Assembly (NCBI RefSeq): GCF_019464535.1
Contig: NZ_CP080507.1
Location: forward strand, 3,570,001 to 3,602,000
Length of the DNA stretch: 32,000 nt
Direction of reading: 5' to 3'
Source of the DNA: Horticoccus luteus
Lineage (GTDB): Bacteria; Verrucomicrobiota; Verrucomicrobiia; Opitutales; Opitutaceae
In this document: positions 7,584 to 15,857 of the stretch, in pieces
How the letters are laid out: each line of letters begins with the position of its first letter
Numbering within the stretch: the stretch's first letter is position 1
Made by a program: the position numbers and the translations under genes
The notes under the pieces: model-generated
What the model saw: only the letters and a program-made list of their open reading frames with translations
The model's database searches: none
What the model was told of the DNA's origin: nothing

Positions 7584-10043
7584 TCATTTCCGAACCTGCC
7601 AGCCGGTCGTTGCCACCACGTCGTCCTGCAGTTTTTGAAACGCGCCGCTCACCTCGTCATCCGTCAACGTGCGTTCGGCGGACCGGAAAACGAGATTGAA
7701 GGCCAGGCTCTTCTTTCCCTCGGGCAGTCCCTTGCCTTCGTAAACATCGAACACCTGCACGCGTTCGACGACGAACGCATTGCCCACCGCAGCGCGCGCC
7801 GCTTTCACCAGCGTTTTTTGCGCTTCGGCAGCCGGCGTGGCTTGATCCACGACAAGCGCGAGGTCGCGCACCGCCGGCGGAAACAGGCTGAAATCGGCGA
7901 AGCGACGACGACCGGCGTTGGCCGCAATCCGCTCCGGCAAAATCGCGAAAATGCCCGCGTAGACTTTGCCCTCGATGCCGAGGCCGCGCACCATCGCCAG
8001 ATTCAACAAACCCAAGCGCGCGGTCCAGCCGGCCGAAAGCTCCCCGGCGCTCGCGCAGTGACCTTCCTGCCAGCCGCAAAACGCGCCGTTGATCGGTGCC
8101 AGGGGCTGCCGGGCGAAATCGACGCCCGCCGCGGCCGCAAGGGCCGCCACGTGGTGTTTCGTCGTATAGAAATCCGCGGCCTCGCGCTGTGTCCAGCGCC
8201 GCTCCGCGTCTTCCGCGATGATGAAGCCCACCGCCGCGCACTCGAAATTCTGGCCGTTGTGCTCCATGAACACGCGACCGGTTTCACACAGGCGCGAGAC
8301 CGCGACGCCGCGCGATTGGTTCAACTTCAGCGACTCCAGCAGACCCATGATCAACGTCGGCCGCAGGTGCGACTGGTCCTCGACAAACGGATTCGCCAGC
8401 GCGAGCTCCGCCGCCGCCGTCTGCGAAACCCACGTCGCCAGCTCCGCCGCCGGCCGCAGCGTGTAGTTCACACACTCGTGGAAATCGTGGCCGACCAGAT
8501 AATCGGTCACGCGCCGGTTGAAGAGCACGACCGGATCGTCGTCGCCGACGAGGCCCGGCGCACTCACCACGGCCGGCGGAATTTTCTCGGTGCCGTGCAA
8601 CCGCAGCACTTCTTCGACAAGGTCGATCGGCCGGTCGAGATCATCGCGCCAGCTCGGAATCGAAAGCGTCCACGCCGGCCCGCGATGCTCCGTCGGCTCC
8701 TCGCGCGTGACGACCAGCTCCAGCGATTCCAACGAAGCCCGCATCTCCGCGGCCGGAATATCGAAGCCCAGTTTCTCCGTGATGTAATCGTGCGTGACGA
8801 CAATCTCGCGCTCCCACGGCACATCGCTGCCGACGCGGTAAACCGGTCCCACCGCCGCGCCGCCCGCCGTTTCGATCAGCAGGTCGACCGCCCGCCAAGC
8901 GGCTTCCAAAGCCGAATGCGGATCCACGCCGCGCTCGTAACGATAAGCGGAGTCCGACGACAAGCCGAGCCGGCGCGAGGTCTGGCGCACCGACTGCCGG
9001 TTGAATACCGCGCACTCGATCACGAGATCGGTCGTGTCGTCGCTCACCCCGGAATCCTGCCCACCCATGATGCCCGCGATGACCACCGGTTTTTCGGCGT
9101 CGGCGATGACGAGCATGCGGCTGGTGAGGATGCGTTCCTTGCCGTCGAGCGTGACAATCTTTTCGCCGTCGGTCGCGCGGCGGACGATGATCTCGCGGCC
9201 ACTGAGTTTCTTCGCGTCAAACGCGTGCAACGGCTGCCCCGTCTCGAGCATGACGTAGTTGCCCACGTCGACGACGTTGTTGATCGGCCGCAGACCGACC
9301 GCCTTCAGGCGTTCCTGCATCCACGCCGGGCTCGGGCCGACCTTGATGCCGGTCATGATATGCGCCGTGTAGAGCGGACAATCCTCCGGCGCCTCAACGC
9401 GCACGCTGGCGAGCAGATCTTTGCGTTCGGGCACGCCTTCGAGCATCGCGCCGCGGAATTTTTCCTGCGGGTAAAGCAGCGTCGTCTCGAACCACGCCGC
9501 CAACTCCCGCGCGATGCCGAGATGCGAAAGGCAGTCGGGGCGATTGGGCGTGATCTCGATGTCGAACACCGTGTCGCCCGCCGGCAGCACATCGTTGATC
9601 GGCGTCCCTAGGGCGGGCGCTCCGGCGAGCACGAGCAAGCCCGCATGTTCGCCGCCCAGCCCGAGCTCATCCGTCGCGCACATCATGCCCTCGGACGCCT
9701 GGCCGCGGATCTTCGATTGCTTGATGACAAAATTTCCCGGCAGCACCGCCCCGGGCAAGGCCACCGGCACGCGGTGGCCGACGTCGCAATTCGGCGCGCC
9801 GCATACGATCGTCTTCACGCCGCCCGCGGGTCCGACATCGACGGTGCAGACGGAAAGCTTGTCCGCGTTGGGGTGCTTGGCGCGCGAAAGAATTTCGCCA
9901 ACCACGACGGAAGGCAGCGCCGGCGCGCCGGTGGAGATGACGTTCTCGACTTCAAAGCCGAGAAAAGTGATGGCGCGGCAAATCTCGTCGACGGGAGCGT
10001 CGAACCGAACGTAGTCGCGGAGCCAGTTGAGGGAAATTTTCAT
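7584..10043 (-). CDS. pheT: Phenylalanine--tRNA ligase beta subunit
   Basis: 819 aa. N-terminus MKISLNWLRDYV, a tRNA-binding domain (HPNADKLSVCTVDVG), B3/4-B5 core and FDX-ACB C-terminus. Downstream of pheS. Confidence 0.97.
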   Translation of the reverse strand: MKISLNWLRDYVRFDAPVDEICRAITFLGFEVENVISTGAPALPSVVVGEILSRAKHPNADKLSVCTVDVGPAGGVKTIVCGAPNCDVGHRVPVALPGAVLPGNFVIKQSKIRGQASEGMMCATDELGLGGEHAGLLVLAGAPALGTPINDVLPAGDTVFDIEITPNRPDCLSHLGIARELAAWFETTLLYPQEKFRGAMLEGVPERKDLLASVRVEAPEDCPLYTAHIMTGIKVGPSPAWMQERLKAVGLRPINNVVDVGNYVMLETGQPLHAFDAKKLSGREIIVRRATDGEKIVTLDGKERILTSRMLVIADAEKPVVIAGIMGGQDSGVSDDTTDLVIECAVFNRQSVRQTSRRLGLSSDSAYRYERGVDPHSALEAAWRAVDLLIETAGGAAVGPVYRVGSDVPWEREIVVTHDYITEKLGFDIPAAEMRASLESLELVVTREEPTEHRGPAWTLSIPSWRDDLDRPIDLVEEVLRLHGTEKIPPAVVSAPGLVGDDDPVVLFNRRVTDYLVGHDFHECVNYTLRPAAELATWVSQTAAAELALANPFVEDQSHLRPTLIMGLLESLKLNQSRGVAVSRLCETGRVFMEHNGQNFECAAVGFIIAEDAERRWTQREAADFYTTKHHVAALAAAAGVDFARQPLAPINGAFCGWQEGHCASAGELSAGWTARLGLLNLAMVRGLGIEGKVYAGIFAILPERIAANAGRRRFADFSLFPPAVRDLALVVDQATPAAEAQKTLVKAARAAVGNAFVVERVQVFDVYEGKGLPEGKKSLAFNLVFRSAERTLTDDEVSGAFQKLQDDVVATTGWQVRK

Positions 10044-10066
10044 CTCGAAAGCGGAAAGCAGTTAGC

Positions 10067-10178
10067 CACAGAGATCACAGAGCGCCGACACAGAGGTCAC
10101 GGAGCAAGGCAGTTTGATGCGAACTCAACACAGGATCGAACTCTGTGCGCCCTGTGTCCGAGCTCCGTGTCCTCTGTG
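10067..10178. repeat. Palindromic intergenic repeat element, copy B (same family as copy A, inverted orientation)
   Basis: Left arm heptamers CACAGAG/CACAGAG/CACAGAG/CACGGAG start at 10067, 10076, 10089, 10098. Right arm CTCTGTG/CCCTGTG/CTCCGTG/CTCTGTG start at 10141, 10150, 10163, 10172. Spacing is again 9-13-9. By hand alignment the arms are about three-quarters complementary. The element fills the pheS|pheT spacer. Confidence 0.65.
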
Positions 10179-10196
10179 GCGAAGATCCGGAGTTCA

Positions 10197-11240
10197 TCAC
10201 GCGAATTGTTTGAGGAAGCGGAGGTCGTTCTGGTAAAAATAGCGGATGTCATCGATGCCGTAGAGCAGCATCGCCAGTCGCTCCAGGCCCATGCCAAACG
10301 CGTAGCCGGTCCACACCTCGGGATCGTAGCCGACGCTCGCAAACACCGCCGGATCGACCATGCCGCAGCCGCCGATCTCGATCCATTCCTTCTTCACTTT
10401 CGGCAGATGCTTCGCGCTCAGATCCACTTCAAAACTCGGCTCGGTGTAGCCGAAATAATGCGGACGAAAGCGCGTCTTCGTCTCCTTCCCCAGCAACGAC
10501 GCGAAAATGTAGTCGAGCAACGCCTTCAGGTCGCGCACGGTCACGCCCTTGTCCACGTAAAGGCATTCGATCTGGTGAAAGTTCGCCGAGTGCGTGGCGT
10601 CGGTGGTGTCGCGGCGGAATGACCGGCCCGGCGACACGATGCGGATCGGCGGCGGACTTTTGAGCATCGTGCGGATTTGCACCGACGAGGTGTGTGTGCG
10701 CAGCAGATATTTCTCCTCAGGCACTTTCTTGGCGACGTTGCCGAAACGCGCGTTCGCCGGAAAATAAAACGTATCCTGGGCGTCGCGCGCCGGATGGTCG
10801 CTCGGCGTATTGAGCGCGTCGAAGCAGTAAAACTCCGTCTCCACCTCCGGGCCGTCGGCAACCGTGAAGCCGACCTTGCGCAGGATGCGGCACATCTCCT
10901 CGCGCACGAGCGTGAGCGGATGGTGGGTGCCGGGGCCGGCGTCGGGCGACGGCAGCGTGGGATCGATCGCCGGTCCGAGCTGCGCCTGCAGTTCGAGACC
11001 TTCGATCGTGCGCAACGCGCCGTCGAGCTGCTCCTGCAGGCGCGTCTTGGTTTCGTTGATGAGCTTGCCCATCGCGGGGCGCTGCTCCTTCGGCACGGTG
11101 CCCATCTGTTTCATCAACGCGGTGAGTTCGCCGTTGGGGCCGACGTAGCGGGCCTTCGCGGCCTCGAACTCCGGCCGGGTTTTCAACGTCGCGAGTTCAG
11201 GCGCGGCCTTGGCGAGAAGAGCGGAAAGTTGGTCCTGCAT
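10197..11240 (-). CDS. pheS: Phenylalanine--tRNA ligase alpha subunit
   Basis: 347 aa with class II aaRS motifs: FRPHYFGYTEPSFEVD and GMGLERLAMLLYGIDDIRYFYQNDLRFLKQF. Confidence 0.97.
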   Translation of the reverse strand: MQDQLSALLAKAAPELATLKTRPEFEAAKARYVGPNGELTALMKQMGTVPKEQRPAMGKLINETKTRLQEQLDGALRTIEGLELQAQLGPAIDPTLPSPDAGPGTHHPLTLVREEMCRILRKVGFTVADGPEVETEFYCFDALNTPSDHPARDAQDTFYFPANARFGNVAKKVPEEKYLLRTHTSSVQIRTMLKSPPPIRIVSPGRSFRRDTTDATHSANFHQIECLYVDKGVTVRDLKALLDYIFASLLGKETKTRFRPHYFGYTEPSFEVDLSAKHLPKVKKEWIEIGGCGMVDPAVFASVGYDPEVWTGYAFGMGLERLAMLLYGIDDIRYFYQNDLRFLKQFA

Positions 11241-11332
11241 GAAAATGGGAGACAGATGTAAACCACCGAGGCCCGAAGAGCACAGAGAATTTCGCGGGAA
11301 GAATCTGACGCGGTGCGCTCCGTCGCGCGGGG

Positions 11333-11373
11333 CAAAAAAAAGGACGGGCGCCTCGTATGAAGAAGCCCGTCCT
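11333..11373 (-). terminator. Rho-independent terminator / possible attenuator between rplT and pheS
   Basis: On the minus strand: AGGACGGGC-(15-nt loop ttcttcatacgaggc)-GCCCGTCC followed by 8 T (A-run 11334-11341 on the + strand). A second perfect 7-bp hairpin, GCGAGCC-tgtccga-GGCTCGC, lies at 11415-11435 just after the rplT stop. Confidence 0.7.
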
Positions 11374-11445
11374 TGGAAATGAGTGACGCGAGAAAATTCC
11401 GCGCCCCACCTTGGGCGAGCCTGTCCGAGGCTCGCGTTGGTCGAA

Positions 11446-11829
11446 TCAGGCTTTCGCTTTGGCGCCGGCCTTGGTCTTCAACGCGTCCTGGGCTTGTTGC
11501 ACCAGGGCTTTGAAAGCCACCTCGTCGCGAATCGCGAGATCGCTCAGCACCTTGCGGTCGAGCTGGATGTTCGCGGCATGCAGGCCCTCGATGAAGCGGC
11601 TGTAGCTGATGCCGGCGTTGCGGCAGGCGGCATTCAGACGCACGATCCACAAGGAACGGAAGTCGCCCTTCTTCTTGCGGCGCGCCGCGTAAGCGTATTG
11701 CCACGCGTGCTGGACGGCATCTTTCGCGTAGCGATAGAGCTTTGATTTGTTGCCGAAATAGCCCTTGGCGTATTTCAGCACTTTCTTGCGGCGCTTGCGC
11801 GACGCGGGGGAGTTTGTTGCACGAGCCAT
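11446..11829 (-). CDS. rplT: 50S ribosomal protein L20
   Basis: 127 aa. MARATNSPASRKRRKKVLKYAKGYFGNKSKLYRYAKDAV...FRSLWIVRLNAA is the canonical L20 sequence. Confidence 0.97.
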   Translation of the reverse strand: MARATNSPASRKRRKKVLKYAKGYFGNKSKLYRYAKDAVQHAWQYAYAARRKKKGDFRSLWIVRLNAACRNAGISYSRFIEGLHAANIQLDRKVLSDLAIRDEVAFKALVQQAQDALKTKAGAKAKA

Positions 11830-11914
11830 GTTAGTTTATTCCTTTATTTTGTCGCCCGTGGGTCGGCTTAAAATTCACCCGCGGAACGAAGTTAACAGTA
11901 ATGCGTTGAGTCGC

Positions 11915-12109
11915 TTACAGCCCGGTGGGCAGGCAGCGTTTCAACGGCTTCGCATGGCCTTCGGCCACGAGCTTGTCACGGGAAGCACGCCGTTTGGACT
12001 TGGTGCTTTTCGCGCCGAGCAAGTGCCGAAAACCCGGCGTGCGGCGCACGAGCTTGCCCTTGGCGGTCAGCTTGAAGCGCTTGGCGACGGACTTTTTGGT
12101 CTTTTGCAT
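11915..12109 (-). CDS. rpmI: 50S ribosomal protein L35
   Basis: Inside track ORF 11915..12274. The internal ATG at 12109 gives the 64-aa product MQKTKKSVAKRFKLTAKGKLVRRTPGFRHLLGAKSTKSKRR, which is L35-like in size and basic pattern. The N-terminal extension of the longer ORF would overlap pabC. Confidence 0.9.
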   Translation of the reverse strand: MQKTKKSVAKRFKLTAKGKLVRRTPGFRHLLGAKSTKSKRRASRDKLVAEGHAKPLKRCLPTGL

Positions 12110-12168
12110 GGAGAGAGCGGTCGAAAACAGAGACCCCACCGCCCCGTGGCAAGGGCAAACTTCACCGT

Positions 12169-13068
12169 CTAAAATCCACCTCGACCCCGCGCGGTCGCCG
12201 TCAGCGCCTCGCTCCACTGCGCCCGCAGCCGCTCGATCACCGGATGCCGCGCCGACCGCCACTCGCTCCGCCACACCGCGTCGTCCTCCCCGCGCAACTC
12301 CGCCACGGGCGTCACGCCGCGCACCGCATTCAAAACCGCCACGGCCTCGGCGCCGGCGAGTTCCGCCACCGTCGCCCGCACCGCCTCGCCCGGCACTCCC
12401 TGCTCAAGCGCCCACGCCAGTGCCGTGCCCGCCACCGCGCCGAGCGCCGGATCGGGAAAACACAGCCGGCCATCCCGCACCCACACGATGTTTTGCCGCG
12501 TGCCCTCGACCACAAACGCGTGCTCCCGCGCCAGAAACACCCCCTCGTCATGCGGAGTCGCCGCGCGCCGCGCCAACTCCCGCGCGCCCAGCCAGGCATT
12601 CGCGTAATTCAAACTCTTCGGCCGCGGCAGCCATTCGCCGTTGTCCCGCCGCAACCGCAGCACGCGCACCGCAATCCCCTCCACCGGTGCCGCCGCAGGC
12701 AACGCCCGTAACGTCAGAAACTCCGCCGGCCCGCCGTCCGCCGCCCCCGCCGTGATCGTGTAGCGAAACACCGCATCCACCGCGCCCGCGGCGCGCAGCA
12801 GCTCCGCCACCACCTCCGCCAGCCGCTCCTCGTCGGCCGCCAACGCCCGCTGCGGCCACGTCAGACCCGCCGTCGCACACGCCGCGGCGAGTCGCCGTTG
12901 ATGATAACGCCAATGGTGCGCCCGGCCGCCACTCGTCCGAAACGTTTCGAAAAATCCCGCTCCATACAGCACCCCTTGATCGCTGAGCGGCAACGCCGTC
13001 TCGCCCGCCGGACGCAGCTCGCCGTTGACATAGACCAGCGCGGTTGGCGGCGGCGTGGCTTCACCCAT
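12169..13068 (-). CDS. pabC: Aminotransferase class IV; probable aminodeoxychorismate lyase
   Basis: 299 aa with fold-type IV PLP pattern (GVLYGAGFFETFR; lysine in PRPKSLNYANAWLGAREL). It overlaps the 3' end of the upstream pabB-like gene by 8 nt. The PabC call versus a D-amino-acid or branched-chain aminotransferase rests on context. Confidence 0.7.
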   Translation of the reverse strand: MGEATPPPTALVYVNGELRPAGETALPLSDQGVLYGAGFFETFRTSGGRAHHWRYHQRRLAAACATAGLTWPQRALAADEERLAEVVAELLRAAGAVDAVFRYTITAGAADGGPAEFLTLRALPAAAPVEGIAVRVLRLRRDNGEWLPRPKSLNYANAWLGARELARRAATPHDEGVFLAREHAFVVEGTRQNIVWVRDGRLCFPDPALGAVAGTALAWALEQGVPGEAVRATVAELAGAEAVAVLNAVRGVTPVAELRGEDDAVWRSEWRSARHPVIERLRAQWSEALTATARGRGGF

Positions 13069-14566
13069 AAGATTTCGCCGCCTCCTCGAGTGCGACCCAC
13101 AAAGCCTGCGCCTTGCGCTGCGCTTCGTCGAGCTCCCGGTCCGCGCGCGAATCCGCCACGATTCCCGCGCCGGATTGCACGTGCGCGACGCCGTGCTGCA
13201 CGAGCATCGAGCGAATCACGATGTTCATTTCCATCGCCCCGCCGTAGCTGATCCAGCCGAGCGCGCCGGTGTAAAACCCGCGCCCCACCGGCTCCAGTTC
13301 TTCAATAATCTCCATCGTGCGCACCTTCGGGCAACCCGTGATCGTGCCGCCCGGAAACATCGAACGCAGCACGTGCGCCCACGTGCGCCCCGCCGCGAGC
13401 CGCCCTTCCACCTGCGAGACGATGTGCATCACGTGCGAATAGTGTTCGAGCACCATGAACTCCTTCACCACCACGCTCCCGTAAGCCGCCACCCGGCCGA
13501 TGTCGTTGCGAATCAGATCCACGAGCATCAAGTGCTCCGCTCGCTCCTTTTCGCTCGCCAGCAGCTCCGCGGAGAAATGCGCATCGGGCCGCACCGCGTC
13601 GCCGCGCGGCCGCGTCCCCGCGATCGGCCGCGAACTCACCACGCCGTCCGCCAGCCGCACCAGCAATTCCGGCGAACCGCACACCAACGCGAACTCCGGC
13701 AACCGCAGCAGCCCCATGTAGGGCGACGGATTGATCCGCCGCAACGCCGCGTAAATCGCCACCGGCGTCAGATCAGTCGTCCGGCTCGTGCGCCGCGAAA
13801 GGTTAACCTGATACGTGTCGCCCGCCGCGATGTAATCATGCACGCGCCGCACCGCTTCCTTCCAAGCGTCCGCCGCAAACGAAGGCGGCGGCGCCGGGCG
13901 ACGTGGCATCCCTTCGTCCTCCGCACCCGTCCCGAATCCTCCCGCGTGCGCGGCATCGCTGAACGCCGCGTCCTCGTCCCGCCACCGCACCAACGCCGCC
14001 CGCGCGCATGCGTCCGCCTGCGCAAAAGCCTCGTCCACGCCCGCGCCCGCCGGCACCTCGCGCCACACCACGATGCCGAGCGTCCGCTCCTGATGATCGT
14101 AAACGAACAGCTCGCGCGTCTCGATAAACGCATACAACGGCACGTCGAGATCGCGTCGGGCCTGCTGCGACAGACGCTCCCACGTGCGCACGAGATCGTA
14201 ACCGCACACGCCGATCAGCCCGCCCGTCATCGCCGGCCAGTCCGCGAGCACCGGCGCGCGCGTTTCGGCGAGCAGCGCCGCCAGCACGTCAAGCGGTGCA
14301 CCGCGGCGGATTTCGTGTCTTTCCCGACCTTCCCCGTCCCACACCACCGCCGCTTCTTCGCGCCCGGTGATGACGCGCGCCGCCCGGTCGCAAACAAACG
14401 TGAAACGCCCCGCCTGCGCGCTCTCGAGCAGCACCGTCGCAGGACCCCGCGTCAGCGCCGCCCACGTGCGCGGCAGCGCCACGTCGCGCCAGACCCGCGC
14501 CGCTGGCAAACGCGTGCAGCCTTCGCTCCGCCACCCCCGCCAATCCTCCACGTGAACGTCACGCAT
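13061..14566 (-). CDS. pabB: Aminodeoxychorismate synthase component I (anthranilate synthase component I family)
   Basis: 501 aa with chorismate-binding motifs: INPSPYMGLL, PIAGTRPRG, EHLMLVDLIRND, FPGGTITGCPK, GIVADS. Assigned PabB rather than TrpE because of the adjacent pabC and folP-folB-folK genes. Confidence 0.8.
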   Translation of the reverse strand: MRDVHVEDWRGWRSEGCTRLPAARVWRDVALPRTWAALTRGPATVLLESAQAGRFTFVCDRAARVITGREEAAVVWDGEGRERHEIRRGAPLDVLAALLAETRAPVLADWPAMTGGLIGVCGYDLVRTWERLSQQARRDLDVPLYAFIETRELFVYDHQERTLGIVVWREVPAGAGVDEAFAQADACARAALVRWRDEDAAFSDAAHAGGFGTGAEDEGMPRRPAPPPSFAADAWKEAVRRVHDYIAAGDTYQVNLSRRTSRTTDLTPVAIYAALRRINPSPYMGLLRLPEFALVCGSPELLVRLADGVVSSRPIAGTRPRGDAVRPDAHFSAELLASEKERAEHLMLVDLIRNDIGRVAAYGSVVVKEFMVLEHYSHVMHIVSQVEGRLAAGRTWAHVLRSMFPGGTITGCPKVRTMEIIEELEPVGRGFYTGALGWISYGGAMEMNIVIRSMLVQHGVAHVQSGAGIVADSRADRELDEAQRKAQALWVALEEAAKSYG

Positions 14567-14890
14567 GAGTATGGCCGGCAGTCGCCAGCACGCACCGAGT
14601 TGTTCGTGGAAGCCGCATCGCCTTCACGTTTTCCTGAAGCACGCGCCAACGTCACGACCATTCGCGCTCCACGCCGTCCCACTGCCGCCCGCCCATCACG
14701 CGAATGACCCGGATAAAACCGCCAGCGCAAAACGCCGCCGGATGAAACCTCACGCCTCTCGCATAGCTCTCATTTTTCCACTCCCATATTCGCGTGAATT
14801 CGCGTCCTTCGCAGGCGCGCTCATCGTAGTGTCCTCGCGAACCGAGCTTTCGATTCGCCTCCGCAGCAGCCCGCGTTGAAGGTGCGCCGC

Positions 14891-15853
14891 ATGCAAGTCT
14901 GGCAAAGCCCCCACGGTCGTCCGCTCCCCGTTCCCGGCGCGCGCACGCTGCTCATGGGCGTGCTCAACGTCACTCCCGATTCGTTCTCCGATGGCGGCCA
15001 GTTATCCTCCCTCCACGCCCTCGTCGATCGCGCCGGCGCCATGCTGGCCGCCGGGGCCAACCTGCTCGATCTCGGCGGCGAATCGACCCGCCCCGGCGCC
15101 CTCACCATTTCCGCCGCCGAGGAGTGCGATCGCGTGCTTCCCGCCATCGCCGCATTGCGCCGCGCCTGGCCGGCGGTGCCGCTCTCGATCGACACATATA
15201 AAGCCGAGGTCGCCGAAGCCGCTCTCGCCGCCGGCGCCGATCTCATCAACGACGTCTGGGGTTTCACGCACGGCCTCGACGCCGCGCAACGCACCGCGTG
15301 GCGCGCTTACGCCGAATCATCCGCCCGTCGTGCAACGTCTCCCGCTTTGTCCTCCGCCGCGCCAGCGCCTTCCCCCCTGACGCCGCCGCCTCTCTCCCCG
15401 ATGGCCGAAGTCGCCGCGCGCCTGCGCGCCCCGGCCATCCTCATGCACAATCGTCCCGACCGCGCTTACGACGATTTCTGGGCCGATCTACTCCTCGACC
15501 TTCGCACCAGCCTCGCCCTCGCCCGCGCCGCCGGCGTGCCGGATCGCCAGCTCTGGCTCGACCCCGGCTTCGGCTTCGCCAAAGACGTCGCGCAAAACCT
15601 CGCCGTCCTCCGCGATCTGCACCGCATCGTCGCCCTCGGCTTCCCCGTGCTCGTCGGCACTTCGCGCAAATCCACTCTCGGCGCCGTGCTCGGCACCCGC
15701 GTCGACGACCGCGTCGAAGCCGGTGGCGCCACCGTCGTCTGGGCGATCCAGCAAGGCGCCGCCATGGTCCGCGTGCACGACGTCCACGAAATGGCTCGCT
15801 TTGCGCGCATGGCCGACGCGATTAAATCCGGCTTGGGCTTCACGCCCGTCTGA
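14891..15853 (+). CDS. folP: Dihydropteroate synthase
   Basis: LLMGVLNVTPDSFSDGG, LLDLGGESTRPGA, SIDTYK, DPGFGFAK and VGTSRKS motifs. ATG at 14891 is preferred; the TTG at 14876 used by the track is an alternative start. Confidence 0.9.
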   Translation: MQVWQSPHGRPLPVPGARTLLMGVLNVTPDSFSDGGQLSSLHALVDRAGAMLAAGANLLDLGGESTRPGALTISAAEECDRVLPAIAALRRAWPAVPLSIDTYKAEVAEAALAAGADLINDVWGFTHGLDAAQRTAWRAYAESSARRATSPALSSAAPAPSPLTPPPLSPMAEVAARLRAPAILMHNRPDRAYDDFWADLLLDLRTSLALARAAGVPDRQLWLDPGFGFAKDVAQNLAVLRDLHRIVALGFPVLVGTSRKSTLGAVLGTRVDDRVEAGGATVVWAIQQGAAMVRVHDVHEMARFARMADAIKSGLGFTPV

Positions 15854-15857
15854 CGCC

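Noticed and set aside
7515-9611. 698-aa + strand ORF, the longest non-annotated ORF in the track
   Set aside because: It is entirely antisense to pheT. The translation is an Arg/His/Ala/Pro-rich string with no motifs, the usual mirror-frame artefact in high-GC DNA, whereas the opposite strand encodes a full-length canonical PheT.
11197-11409. 70-aa minus-strand ORF as a genuine protein-coding gene
   Set aside because: It runs through a rho-independent terminator and overlaps the pheS start out of frame. Its distal two thirds are featureless. Only its Phe-rich first ~25 codons are discussed, as a hypothetical leader frame.
13055-14707. 550-aa + strand ORF
   Set aside because: Antisense to pabB and extremely Arg/His/Pro-rich, with no recognisable domain. 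The same reasoning applies to 4451..5545 and 5680..6582 (antisense to gatB and gatA), 9645..10622 and 10677..11261 (pheT/pheS), and 12244..12711 and 11925..12755 (pabC).
14567-14875. THF or ZTP riboswitch, or a real 104-aa gene (track ORF 14565..14879), in the pabB/folP divergent spacer
   Set aside because: ATTCGCGT recalls a fragment of the THF-I aptamer, but I could not assemble the rest of any folate or ZTP aptamer by eye. The ORF is His/Pro/Ser/Arg-rich, has no motifs and fills a promoter region. Only the direct repeat is reported.
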